NCBI GenBank assembly: GCA_963717475.1
Contig: OY970337.1
Span: forward strand, 2,629,653-2,693,652
Reading direction: 5' to 3'
Length of the DNA stretch: 64,000 nucleotides
DNA from: an uncultured Actinomycetes bacterium
GTDB lineage: Bacteria; Actinomycetota; Thermoleophilia; Gaiellales; Gaiellaceae
The notes beneath the pieces are model-generated. The model ran no database searches and was not told the DNA's origin. It worked only from the letters and a program-made list of their open reading frames with translations. Below are positions 19,680-28,032 of the stretch, piece by piece (within the stretch, counting starts at the first letter, position 1; every line of letters starts with the position of its first letter). Position numbers and translations under genes: made by a program.

Positions 19680-20739
19680 GCAGGACGAGGCGAAGCGCCT
19701 GCTCGCGGCGGCGCTCGCCGAGGGGCCGGCGCACGCGTACCTCTTCCACGGCCCGGCGGGAGTGGGCAAGCGGGCGCTCGCGCTCGCCTTTGCCTCCGAG
19801 CTGCTCGGCGGCGACCCGCGAGTCGGACGCCGCACGCACCCCGACCTCTACGTGCTCGAGCCGCTCGGCGAGCAGATCCGGATCGACGCCGTGCGAGAGA
19901 TGCGACGCGACCTGCACATGCGCCCGTTCGAAGCCGACCGGCGCGTCTACCTCGTCACCGGCGCGCACCTGCTGAACGAGGAGGCCGCGGACGCGCTGCT
20001 CAAGGATCTCGAGGAGCCGCCGGAGTACGCCGTGATCGTCCTGGTCGCCGACGAGGTCGGGCCGCTCCCGGAGACGATCCGCTCGCGCTGCCAGGCCATT
20101 CCGTTCCGGCGGCTGTCGGAGCGCGCGGTGCGCGAGCACGTCCGGGCGCGAGCGCCCGAGCTCTCGGACGACGAGACGACATCCATCGCGCGCGTTGCAG
20201 GTGGCCGTCTCGACAGAGCAGCGCGCCTGCTCGACCCGGCCGCCGCCGAACGCCGCGCGGCGTTACTCGAGACAGCGCGAGCCGTCTACGCGGAAGCGGA
20301 GTTCGACCCGGGCGGGGCTGCGGAGCGGCTGCTCGAGGGGGCCCGGGCGCGTGCCGCGGAGGCAAAGGAGCGCGAGGAAGCGGCGGTCGAAGGGCTCGAG
20401 TTGACCGCCCGCGAGGCCGAGCAGCGCGTGCGCAGGGCCGCCCGCGGCGCCGAGCGCGAGGAACTGCTGGCGGCGCTCGAGGAGCTGGCCGCCTGGTACC
20501 GGGATCTCGTCGCGGCCGCCGCCGGCGCCGAGGGCGCGCTCGTCCACGCCGACCGGGCCGCGCAGCTGCTCGAGGACGGAACCGTGGACCGCCTCGAGGC
20601 CGCCGAGCGCGCCGCGGAGCTCGTCCGCGAGACGTGGCGGAACTTCGAGGAGCTTCAGCTCTCTGCGCGCCTCGCTCTGGAGGCGCTCTTCGTCGAGCTG
20701 CGCCGAGCGTTCGCGGGAGTCCTGGCCGGAACCGGTTAG
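19654..20739 (+). CDS. holB: DNA polymerase III subunit delta prime
   Basis: 361 aa. AHAYLFHGPAGVGKRALALAFA..; SRC motif IRSRCQAIPFRRLS. It follows tmk, which is the conserved tmk-holB arrangement. Confidence 0.85.
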   Translation: MTAFDSLPEQDEAKRLLAAALAEGPAHAYLFHGPAGVGKRALALAFASELLGGDPRVGRRTHPDLYVLEPLGEQIRIDAVREMRRDLHMRPFEADRRVYLVTGAHLLNEEAADALLKDLEEPPEYAVIVLVADEVGPLPETIRSRCQAIPFRRLSERAVREHVRARAPELSDDETTSIARVAGGRLDRAARLLDPAAAERRAALLETARAVYAEAEFDPGGAAERLLEGARARAAEAKEREEAAVEGLELTAREAEQRVRRAARGAEREELLAALEELAAWYRDLVAAAAGAEGALVHADRAAQLLEDGTVDRLEAAERAAELVRETWRNFEELQLSARLALEALFVELRRAFAGVLAGTG

Positions 20740-21116
20740 ATCGCCGGCCGGCGCTGCGGGAACCGGTCTTCGAAGTGGTCGATCAGGCGGTAAGCCGCCC
20801 AGTTGACGATCCAGATCAGCACTACGACGCCGACGTACGTCCAGAAGCCGTCGATCGAGAAGTTCGGCGCGATCCACTCGGCGAGCGCGACCATCGCGAT
20901 GTTGATCACGAGCAGGAACAGGCCGAGCGTGAGAATGATCAGAGGCAGCGTCAGGAGGGCGAGAATCGGCTTGAGAATCGCGTTCGCGATCCCGAGCACG
21001 GCGGCGCCGATGATGTAGGCCCAGGCGCCGTGGATCGAGACGCTGGAGAAGATCCCGTTGCAGATCCAGAGGGCCAGGGCGTTGACGGCCCACGCGATCA
21101 GGAGCCGGATGAGCAT
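20736..21116 (-). CDS. Small 4-TM membrane protein of the 'phage holin 4_2' (PF04020-like) family
   Basis: 126 aa: MLIRLLIAWAVNALALWI..ILKPILALLTLPLIILTLGLFLLVINIAMVALAEWI. There is no other phage gene nearby. Confidence 0.6.
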   Translation of the reverse strand: MLIRLLIAWAVNALALWICNGIFSSVSIHGAWAYIIGAAVLGIANAILKPILALLTLPLIILTLGLFLLVINIAMVALAEWIAPNFSIDGFWTYVGVVVLIWIVNWAAYRLIDHFEDRFPQRRPAI

Positions 21117-21182
21117 TGGGCGAGTCTACGGAAACCGCTGCGGGCAGTCATCCGTATGCCTTGTAGGAAGGGGGGTGAAGGC

Positions 21183-21302
21183 ATGAGCCTTTCCCGCAAA
21201 TCGCTCTGGATCGGCGTGGCGGTGGTCGCAATCGCCGCCATCGTCGTGCTGATCGCCGTCTACTCGGGCGGCGGCAGTGGCGGCGGCGGCGGCGGGTACT
21301 AG
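21183..21302 (+). CDS. 39-aa small membrane protein with poly-Gly tail
   Basis: ATG 21183 is preceded by a strong SD (GGAAGGGGGGTGAAGG). MSLSRKSLWIGVAVVAIAAIVVLIAVYSGGGSGGGGGGY. Confidence 0.45.
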   Translation: MSLSRKSLWIGVAVVAIAAIVVLIAVYSGGGSGGGGGGY

Positions 21303-21351
21303 CGCCGCGCTAGGCGTTTCACCGGCTCGGCCTGCGGACAACTAACGCTCG

Positions 21352-21537
21352 ATGCAGGACGCTGAGGAGGCGACCTCTCGCCTGACCCGGCTGCACGAGC
21401 TCCTCGAGCAGGAGGCCCGTGCGCTCAGAACGCTCGGAGACCGGCGCCTCCTGCCTGTGCTGGTCGAGATCGACGAGCTGAGCAGAGAGCTCAGGAGGAC
21501 GCGCGCCCAGCTCGAGCCGCAGGCCGAGGCCGGCTAG
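21352..21537 (+). CDS. Hypothetical 61-aa helical protein
   Basis: ORF MQDAEEATSRLTRLHELLEQEARALRTLGD.. has coding-like composition. No recognisable family. Confidence 0.35.
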   Translation: MQDAEEATSRLTRLHELLEQEARALRTLGDRRLLPVLVEIDELSRELRRTRAQLEPQAEAG

Positions 21538-21569
21538 CGCCGCCGGGAGAGCGCTACAGTAGGCAGCCC

Positions 21570-21642
21570 GCCGACGTAGCTCAGCTGGTAGAGCACTTCA
21601 CTCGTAATGAAGGGGTCCCCGGTTCGAGTCCGGGCGTCGGCT
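21570..21642 (+). tRNA. tRNA-Thr (anticodon CGU)
   Basis: GCCGACG acceptor stem pairs with CGTCGGC; D-arm TAGCTCAGCTGGTAGAGCA; anticodon stem CTTCA/TGAAG with loop CTCGTAA; T-arm CCCGGTTCGAGTCCGGG; discriminator T. No encoded CCA. Confidence 0.9.
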
Positions 21643-21729
21643 CTCCGGGATTTGCAGGCTCTCAACGCCCTCGCGGTGCTGGTCAGAGCCGGGGAGCTGA
21701 CCGATGGCCGGAGTTGCCCGAGCGCGTCG

Positions 21730-23745
21730 TCAGCCGTCGACCTTGACCCTCCCGCGCCCGAAGGCGTCGATGCGACCCCACCGGCCCGGGATGTCGAGAA
21801 GCTCCAGCCGGCCGATCGTTGTGGGGAGCGCGGGGTCGATGACGAGGTGCTCGCCCTCTGGCTCGAGCCCGAGCATCGTACGCAGGAAGAGGAGCGGGGC
21901 TCCAGTCGACCACGCCTGCGGGCTGCAGGCGGTCGGGTACTGGACCGGATACCTCGTCGCGGAGCGCTCGTAGCCGCCGAACGCCTCCGGCAGACGCCCG
22001 TCGAAGAACTCGGCCGCATCGAGGATCCCCGACGCGATTCGGGCAGCCTCCTCCTTGAACCCGTAACGGCGGAGACCCCAGGCGACGAACGAGTTGTCGA
22101 ACGGCCAGACGGTGCCGACGTGGTACCCGATCGGGTTATAGCGCCCCTCACCTTCGGCCAGCGTGCGCACGCCCCAGCCCGAGAACAGCCGCGGACCGAC
22201 CAGGTGACGCGCAACGGCCTTCGCCTTCGACTTGTCGACGATGCCGCTCCACAGCAAATGGCCGTTGTTCGACGTGAGCGCGTCAACCTGCTCCCCCTCG
22301 GCGTCGAGCGCGAGTGCGAAGTACTCGTCGTCCTCAACCCAGAAGTCCCGGTTGAAGCGCCGCTTCAGGGCGGCGGCCTGCTTCTCGAGCGCGTCCGCGA
22401 ACTCGGGGTCCTTCCACACGAGGCGCGCGAGCCGGGCGCCGCGCATCTTCGCGTCGTACGCGTATCCCTGAAGCTCGCAGGTGGCCCGCGGAAAGCCGGG
22501 GAGCTTGCCGTCCCGGAACGAGATGGAGTCCCACGAATCCTTCCAGCACTGGTTTTCGAGGCCGGTCTTCTCGTTGCGGCGCCTGTACCAGATGTAGCCG
22601 TCGCCCTGGAGGTCCGCGTAGTCGTCGATCCACGCGAGCGCCTTGCGCGCCTCGTACTCGACCGCGCGAACGAGCTTGCGGTCGCCCGTCCAGCGCTCGT
22701 ATTCGTCGAGCAACACGACGTAGAGCGGCGTCGCGTCGGCGGAGCCGTAATACGGCGAGTGCGGCCGCTCCTCGAAGGCCGTCATCTCGCCGTAGCGCAT
22801 CTCGTGGAGGATGCGCCCCGGATCCTCGTCGCGGAAGTCGTCCACACCGTTGCCCTGCCATTCGCCGAGCGCGGTGAGCGTGGTCGCCGCCAGCTCGGGC
22901 GCGAACGGCAAAGCCTGGAGGCTCGTGAAGATGCTGTCGCGGCCGAACATCGTCATGAACCAGGGCAGGCCGGCAGCAGGCAGGCTGTGTCCGCCCGCGA
23001 TCGGCGGCGAGAAGCGGAGCGCCGCTAGATCGACGAGGCTTCGATGGTAGGTCGCCTTCAGGGCGTCCGAGTCGCTCTCGAGCCGCGGAGCTACTTCGAG
23101 CCACTTCTCCAAATCGCGCTGCATGTTCCGCGGCGCGCGCCCGGTCACCGCGCTCGGGAGACCCGCGGCGACGGTCAGCTGCGTCGACCAGCTTCCATGC
23201 GGTGGAATCCGAATGCGGAAGGTCAGACCCTCCTTGTCAATCTTCGCACGGGTCGCGGCGGAGATCGTCGTCGTCCGCTTGTACGTCTCGCGCTCGTAGC
23301 CGAGCTCGAGGCTGCCGCTCCGAACGCGGGCCGAGTACGTTCCCTTCTTCTTCAGCGCGTCCTTGACCTCGAACAGGTCGGCGAAGTCGCTGGCAGCCTC
23401 GACGCGGACGATGATGCTCGCCGGCTTTTCATCGTGGTTGAGGATCGTGAGCTCCTCGGTGAAGCCCTCGCCGACGCTTCGCCGGCGAATCACCGAGAGC
23501 TTCGCGTCGATGTAGACCGTGCCGGTACCGGGCACGAGAAAGAACCGTGTCTCGAAGTACTGCAGGTCGTCGGTCGAAAGCGCGTTCATCCGCTGGCCGT
23601 TCAGCGTCAGCACCCAACGGGAAAGAAAGCGGGTGTCGAAGGAGAAGAGGCCCGTGGGATCGGTCAGCGACGCCTCGATGTCGCCGCGCTCGTCGCTGAC
23701 GACGAAGGTGTTGCCGTCCAAGATCTTGACGAGCCCGTCGCTCAT
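21730..23745 (-). CDS. Amylo-alpha-1,6-glucosidase / glycogen-debranching-enzyme family protein (GDE_N_bis + GDE_C)
   Basis: Start at ATG 23745 (SD GGAAGGAG): MSDGLVKILDGNTFVVSDERGDI.. then ..GLPWFMTMFGRDSIFTSLQ..HEMRYGEM..PYYGSADATPLYVVLL..GYHVGTVWPFDNSF. The ORF-track start at 23850 is probably an upstream extension. Confidence 0.8.
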   Translation of the reverse strand: MSDGLVKILDGNTFVVSDERGDIEASLTDPTGLFSFDTRFLSRWVLTLNGQRMNALSTDDLQYFETRFFLVPGTGTVYIDAKLSVIRRRSVGEGFTEELTILNHDEKPASIIVRVEAASDFADLFEVKDALKKKGTYSARVRSGSLELGYERETYKRTTTISAATRAKIDKEGLTFRIRIPPHGSWSTQLTVAAGLPSAVTGRAPRNMQRDLEKWLEVAPRLESDSDALKATYHRSLVDLAALRFSPPIAGGHSLPAAGLPWFMTMFGRDSIFTSLQALPFAPELAATTLTALGEWQGNGVDDFRDEDPGRILHEMRYGEMTAFEERPHSPYYGSADATPLYVVLLDEYERWTGDRKLVRAVEYEARKALAWIDDYADLQGDGYIWYRRRNEKTGLENQCWKDSWDSISFRDGKLPGFPRATCELQGYAYDAKMRGARLARLVWKDPEFADALEKQAAALKRRFNRDFWVEDDEYFALALDAEGEQVDALTSNNGHLLWSGIVDKSKAKAVARHLVGPRLFSGWGVRTLAEGEGRYNPIGYHVGTVWPFDNSFVAWGLRRYGFKEEAARIASGILDAAEFFDGRLPEAFGGYERSATRYPVQYPTACSPQAWSTGAPLLFLRTMLGLEPEGEHLVIDPALPTTIGRLELLDIPGRWGRIDAFGRGRVKVDG

Positions 23746-24131
23746 CGTCGGCTCCTTCCGGTCCGTGCGGGTGTGCGTGGCTTGGCTGTCCGCCGCTTGG
23801 CGGTCGCTGGGCCAGGGAGGATTCGACGGAAGAGGACGAGCAGCCGCCAATCCCCTTCGATCGTCAGCCTGCCACGCAGAACCTCGGCGACTGCGCTCGC
23901 CTTGCCGCTGGCGAGCCTGTCAAAGACCGCCTTACTGGCGACGAGCGTGGAGTCGGCGGCGCCGCTCGAACGCGAGACGCTGACATCGCCCTTGTCGATC
24001 ATGACGAGCCAAGTCTCGGTCTTCTTGCCGCCGGCGATGTCGAACCGCATCGTTCCGCTCGCGTTCCGGAGCAGAGGCTCATGTCCGCGTTGCGCGAGAT
24101 CGTCGAAGAACTCAGCCGTGAAATCGGTCAT
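23742..24131 (-). CDS. SCP2 sterol-binding domain protein
   Basis: ATG 24131 (SD GGGAGGAG): MTDFTAEFFDDLAQRGHEPLL..DSTLVASKAVFDRLASGKASAVAEVLRGRLTIEGD. ATGA overlap with the downstream glucosidase gene. Confidence 0.65.
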   Translation of the reverse strand: MTDFTAEFFDDLAQRGHEPLLRNASGTMRFDIAGGKKTETWLVMIDKGDVSVSRSSGAADSTLVASKAVFDRLASGKASAVAEVLRGRLTIEGDWRLLVLFRRILPGPATAKRRTAKPRTPARTGRSRR

Positions 24132-24535
24132 CGCTCCTCCCGTGAGTGGTCGCCGCACTCACCGTCGTCCGAGCGGGGCGCTGATGCAGCAGCGCTGCGC
24201 CGCTCGCCAGTCGACGCCCCAAGCATGGGGCGACACTAGACAGCGGCTCAACCGATGGACGTCATCCGGAGTGGGTGATCGTGCCCCGTCGGCGCAACCA
24301 AGCGGGTCTCGGGTCGAGACCGGCGGCCGTCGAAAGCATTGTGCGGTCTCAAGGGTGTCGTCTGAGGCTCCAGTCACGGCCACTCGGACGGGCAACTAGT
24401 AGGGTGCGAACGAGGGCGCCCCGGCGATGAGAGGGGGACGATGCGGGTCGAGGACAACTTTTCTCAACCCTTCAGCCACCTCATGCTGATCGGCGCGGCG
24501 GTGGCGATTGCCGAGGCGGGCTCGAAAGCCGCTGC

Positions 24536-25948
24536 GTGAGCGAAGGCTCTGCATCTGTGAGCGAGCTGATGACCCCGGATCGGCCGCTTGCGTCCGCGCG
24601 TCGGCTGATCCTGCCGCTCGCGCTCGCGCAGTTCATCTGCAGCTTCGCCGGATCGAATATGAACGTGATGATCGCCGACATCAGTGACGACCTGGACACG
24701 ACCGTCAAGGGCGTGCAGACCGCGATCACATTGTTCCTCTTGATCATGGCGATTCTGATGATCCCGTGCAGCAAGCTGACCGACCGGTGGGGCCGGAAGC
24801 GCTGCTTCCTGCTCGGCCTGACGCTGTACGGGATCGGCGCGCTGCTGAGCGCGGTGTCGCCGAACCTCGGCGTCCTGATCGTCGGCAACTCGGTCTTCGA
24901 GGGAGTCGGCACCGCGCTGCTGATCCCGCCGGTGTACATCCTGGCGACGCTCTGGTTCACCGGCACGACGTCCCGCGCCTGGGCATTCGGCGCGATCAGC
25001 GGGTTGGGAGGCATCGGCGCCGCCGCGGGCCCGTTGATCGGCGGCCTGATCACGACCGCGATCAGCTGGCGAGCCGCGTTTGTGTTCCAGGCGATCGTCG
25101 TCGCGGCGATCGTGCTCCTGAGCCGGAAGCTCGCCGACCCGCTGGCGGCCGACCCGAAGCGGCCGTTCGACGGAATCGGCGCGGTTCTGTCGGCGGTGGG
25201 GATGTTCTCCGTCGTCTTCGGGATCCTCCAGGCCGGCAGCAACAACACGCTCTTCTTCGGCTTCCTCGCGATCGGAGCCGCGTTCCTGGCTGGATTCTTC
25301 CTCTATATCCGGCGACGCGAGCGCGCAGGGAAGGAGGCGCTGCTCTCGACCGGGCTGTTCCGGAACCGCACCTGCAACCTCGCCTTGGTGACCCAGAACA
25401 TCCAGTGGCTGCTCCTCATGGGCATCTCGTTCGTCGTCTCCGTCTTCCTGCAGGAGGTACGTGGCTACAACGCGATCCAGACGGGCGTCGTATTCACCGC
25501 CGCGACGGTCGGCATCCTCCTCTCGTCCTTCGCCCAGCAGCGGCTCGCGAAGCGGTTCGCGCAGCGGACGCTGATCATCGCTGGGTTCGTCGTCACCCTT
25601 GCCGGCATCGGGCTCCTCCTCGGCTTCGTTCACACCTCTTCTCGGGTCGTCGCCTTCGTGCCGGGGCTGTTCCTGATCGGCTTGGGCGTCGGCGGGATGC
25701 TGACGCCGTCCGTCAACGTGGTGCAGTCGAGCTTCCCGGAGGAGCTCCAGGGCGAGATCTCCGGCCTGTCGCGCGCAATCTCGAACCTCGGCTCGTCCTT
25801 CGGGACTGCGATCGCGGGGACGATCCTCGTCTCCGTCGTCGCGCTCGGCACCCGCTCCTACGCGGTCGCGCTGATCGTCCTCGTCGGAATCGGCCTGCTC
25901 GGCCTCGTCGCCGCCCTGCGCCTGCCGGCCAGTATCGAACGCACGTAG
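24536..25948 (+). CDS. MFS transporter, DHA2 (EmrB/QacA-like, 14-TM) drug/H+ antiporter family
   Basis: 470 aa. KLTDRWGRKRCFLLGL (motif A-like), ..GALLSAVSPN..; about 14 hydrophobic helices. Start is GTG 24536 or ATG 24569. Confidence 0.8.
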   Translation: MSEGSASVSELMTPDRPLASARRLILPLALAQFICSFAGSNMNVMIADISDDLDTTVKGVQTAITLFLLIMAILMIPCSKLTDRWGRKRCFLLGLTLYGIGALLSAVSPNLGVLIVGNSVFEGVGTALLIPPVYILATLWFTGTTSRAWAFGAISGLGGIGAAAGPLIGGLITTAISWRAAFVFQAIVVAAIVLLSRKLADPLAADPKRPFDGIGAVLSAVGMFSVVFGILQAGSNNTLFFGFLAIGAAFLAGFFLYIRRRERAGKEALLSTGLFRNRTCNLALVTQNIQWLLLMGISFVVSVFLQEVRGYNAIQTGVVFTAATVGILLSSFAQQRLAKRFAQRTLIIAGFVVTLAGIGLLLGFVHTSSRVVAFVPGLFLIGLGVGGMLTPSVNVVQSSFPEELQGEISGLSRAISNLGSSFGTAIAGTILVSVVALGTRSYAVALIVLVGIGLLGLVAALRLPASIERT

Positions 25949-26010
25949 CCGTAGACCGGCGGTCTCACGGTCGCGGGAGCCTCACCTTCACCCGCATGCA
26001 CCGTTGGCGG

Positions 26011-26271
26011 TTAGTTGTCCGGGTCGACTTGCGCCGCCTGGGCCGCCGCCCTGTCGGCTTCCTTGCGCTCGACGGCCGCGCGGTCGGCGAGCTCCTGCGC
26101 CTGCACCTCGCGCTCCTTCGCGCTGCGGTGCCGCTCCGTCGCCTCCTGGCGGAGCTCCTGCGCCTGCTCGCGCTGCCGGCGCTTCTGTCGTGCCTGGCGG
26201 CTGCCGAGCACGATGACCGCGAGCACGACGACGGCTGCGATTGCGATCACGATCCAGATCCAAGTGGACAT
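26011..26271 (-). CDS. 86-aa membrane-anchored charged helical protein
   Basis: ATG 26271 with SD GAAGGAGAG. MSTWIWIVIAIAAVVVLAVIVLG followed by the K/R/E/Q-rich helix RQKRRQREQAQELRQEATERHRSAKEREVQAQEL... Confidence 0.55.
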   Translation of the reverse strand: MSTWIWIVIAIAAVVVLAVIVLGSRQARQKRRQREQAQELRQEATERHRSAKEREVQAQELADRAAVERKEADRAAAQAAQVDPDN

Positions 26272-26382
26272 TCCGACTCTCCTTCGTTGCTTGCCGGTGG
26301 GCCATGCCCGCCCGGGCGCGAGCGTAAGCCCGCCTGGGGCGGCTCCCGCCGCCGCGGCTTGAACCTGGAGGGCAGGACTGCG

Positions 26383-26976
26383 ATGCTTGCGCCTGGAGAG
26401 AGCGCGAGGGGGAGTTGCGTGTCGATTTTGGTGTTGACGCTTCGGTTCGCGGTGGCGACCGTGCTTGCGGTGGCCGCGAATGCGAAGGCTCGGGACTTCG
26501 AAACCTTCCAGAGGACGGTACGGGCGCTCGTGCCTCGAGGCGCCGGTCTCGTTTCGGCGGGGGTGATCGCGATCGAAGGCGCGCTCGCAGCGCTGCTGGT
26601 CTCGGGCCTCGCTCCCAGCGCCGTCGCGGCGGCGACCGTCGTCCTCTTCCTCGGCTTCTCCGCGCTTTCCGTCTGGGCCATGCGCAGCGGCGTGCACGTC
26701 AGCTGCAACTGCTTCGGCTCGAGCGACCGCGAGCTCGGTAGGGACAGCCTCGAGACATCGCTGCTGCTCGCGGCCGCCTCGCTCGCCTACCTGGCGCTGC
26801 TCCAGCGGACGCAGCCGTCACTGACCCTCGGCGAGGCGCCGCTCGCGGCGTTGCTGGGAGTCACCGCGGTCATGGGCGCGCGCTGGCTGCTCGCCCTTCG
26901 CGACCTGGTTCCGATCGTCCGCCAGCGCCGGTCGCTCGATCGCGAGCTCGCCGAGCCGGCGCGGAGCGCATCGTGA
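26383..26976 (+). CDS. MauE/DoxX-family redox-associated membrane protein
   Basis: The 3' part of GC-artefact ORF 24766..26976 reads ..ILVLTLRFAVATVLAVAANAKARDFETFQRTVRAL..VIAIEGALAALLV..VVLFLGFSALSVWAMRSGVHVSCNCFGS.. It has 4 TM helices and the CxCFG motif typical of MauE. Start is ATG 26383 or GTG ~26419. Confidence 0.65.
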   Translation: MLAPGESARGSCVSILVLTLRFAVATVLAVAANAKARDFETFQRTVRALVPRGAGLVSAGVIAIEGALAALLVSGLAPSAVAAATVVLFLGFSALSVWAMRSGVHVSCNCFGSSDRELGRDSLETSLLLAAASLAYLALLQRTQPSLTLGEAPLAALLGVTAVMGARWLLALRDLVPIVRQRRSLDRELAEPARSAS

Positions 26977-27566
26977 CCGTCCTGATCGTCGCCTGCCTCG
27001 TCGCGCTGGCGGTGATCGTCGTCGTCCAGGGGCTCGTGCTGCTCGAGATGGTCCGGCAGACGTCACAGATCAGGCGCGTGCTCGACCTCGACGACCGCCC
27101 CGTCCCGATCAGCCTCGGCGATCTTGCCGGCCGGCCCCTGCCGGAGCCCGCTCGCAGCATCTGGCCCGAGAACGCCGACGGCGTCTTCGTCTTGCTGAGC
27201 ACGGACTGCGCCACGTGCAGGCTCGTCGCGGCCGGCCTGCGGGACCTACTCGACCGGTTTGTCGACAAGAGGATCGTCACGGTGCTCCAGGCGTACCACG
27301 AGGAGGAGGCGGCGGAGCTGGTGGCCGCTTCCGGCCTGGCCGGCGACGAGGTCGTGATCGATCTCGACCGGAGCTACGGCGAGGCGTTCGGGATCGCGCT
27401 CCGCCCTGCCGCGGTCGTCGTCCGCGACGGGATCCTCAGCGAAGGCGCGGCCGTCCGGAACGCGCGCCAGCTCCAGCAGCTGCTCGAGGCGCTCGGACCC
27501 TCGAGCGACACAGATCTGTCCGAAGTCCCCCGCGTATCAGCCCTGACCACTGGAGGTGCCAGGTGA
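26973..27566 (+). CDS. Membrane-anchored thioredoxin-fold protein with CxxC (TlpA/MauD-like)
   Basis: 197 aa. N-terminal TM is MTVLIVACLVALAVIVVVQGLVLL. The redox motif is LLSTDCATCRLV, and a cis-Pro-type region is AFGIALRPAAVVV. GTGA start/stop overlap with the MauE-like gene. Confidence 0.65.
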   Translation: MTVLIVACLVALAVIVVVQGLVLLEMVRQTSQIRRVLDLDDRPVPISLGDLAGRPLPEPARSIWPENADGVFVLLSTDCATCRLVAAGLRDLLDRFVDKRIVTVLQAYHEEEAAELVAASGLAGDEVVIDLDRSYGEAFGIALRPAAVVVRDGILSEGAAVRNARQLQQLLEALGPSSDTDLSEVPRVSALTTGGAR

Positions 27567-27961
27567 CGCTCTACGAACGGTTCGAACGAGTAAGCGAGCT
27601 CGACATGACGAAGACGACCCGTGGCCGGCTCCTGGCGCGCGCGGGCAAGGTCTGCGTCGGAATCGCCGCCGGCGCGGCGGGGCTGGCAAGCGTCGGGCAA
27701 GCCCGCGCCCAGGACGGGACGCGGACGGTCGGCTGCTGTGCGCTCGCGTACAACAACGACTGCACGAACTGCTCGGGCCGCGGCTACGACTGCGGGTCCG
27801 GCTGCAACCGGTGGGCCTGGTACTGCGTCGACAGCGCACGTCGGGTCTGGCTCTGCGGCGAGTGCTACACGGGTGGAAGTTGCAGTGGCTGCTCGTGCGG
27901 GCGGATCGCAGTCACCCAGGGCAGCCACGCCGTGCCGCGAATCAAGGGCTGGCGCCAGTGA
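27563..27961 (+). CDS. Secreted Cys/Trp-rich small protein (132-aa precursor; predicted 83-aa mature part with 12 Cys, 4 Trp)
   Basis: GTG 27563 overlaps the upstream stop (GTGA), with GGAGG 6 nt upstream; the alternative start is ATG 27605. Signal-like segment MTKTTRGRLLARAGKVCVGIAAGAAGLASVGQARA|QDG. Mature part: VGCCALAYNNDCTNCSGRGYDCGSGCNRWAWYCVDSARRVWLCGECYTGGSCSGCSCGR... Confidence 0.6.
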   Translation: MTLYERFERVSELDMTKTTRGRLLARAGKVCVGIAAGAAGLASVGQARAQDGTRTVGCCALAYNNDCTNCSGRGYDCGSGCNRWAWYCVDSARRVWLCGECYTGGSCSGCSCGRIAVTQGSHAVPRIKGWRQ

Positions 27962-28032
27962 CGCTGGGCGCCGCCTGCGCGCTCGCGTTCCTCGCCGCAC
28001 TTCCGCAGCTCTGCAGCCCCTGAGGGGCGTCG

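Noticed and set aside
17517-19835. 772-aa minus-strand ORF spanning the LytR_C, epimerase, tmk and holB regions
   Set aside because: It is extremely Arg/Pro/Gly/Ala-rich and crosses four well-supported genes on both strands, so it is a GC-driven artefact. The same applies to 32764..35559(+), 36421..38415(+), 48072..50123(-), 51120..52802(-), 57997..59439(-), 24464..25633(-), 30553..31716(-) and the 5' parts of 9685..13515, 24766..26976, 28445..30532 and 59421..61250.
20736-21116. 'Phage holin' family protein as evidence for a prophage
   Set aside because: It is an isolated gene between holB and small hypothetical genes, with no endolysin, capsid, terminase or integrase genes. This family is widespread as a chromosomal membrane protein.
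21570-23850. tRNA-Thr as an integration hot-spot or genomic-island border
   Set aside because: I saw no integrase, no direct repeat of the tRNA 3' end and no compositional break downstream. The adjacent genes (glucosidase, SCP2, MFS) look like ordinary chromosomal genes.
24159-24395. 78-aa minus-strand ORF in the SCP2/MFS intergenic region
   Set aside because: It has no SD, an odd composition (Cys/Arg/Pro-rich) and no recognisable motif, so it is probably non-coding leader or promoter DNA.
27605-27710. Twin-arginine (Tat) signal on the Cys-rich protein
   Set aside because: The motif reads T-R-G-R-L-L, with a Gly between the arginines, so it does not match S/T-R-R-x-F-L-K. I therefore call only a generic signal peptide. 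A Tat-specific predictor should decide.
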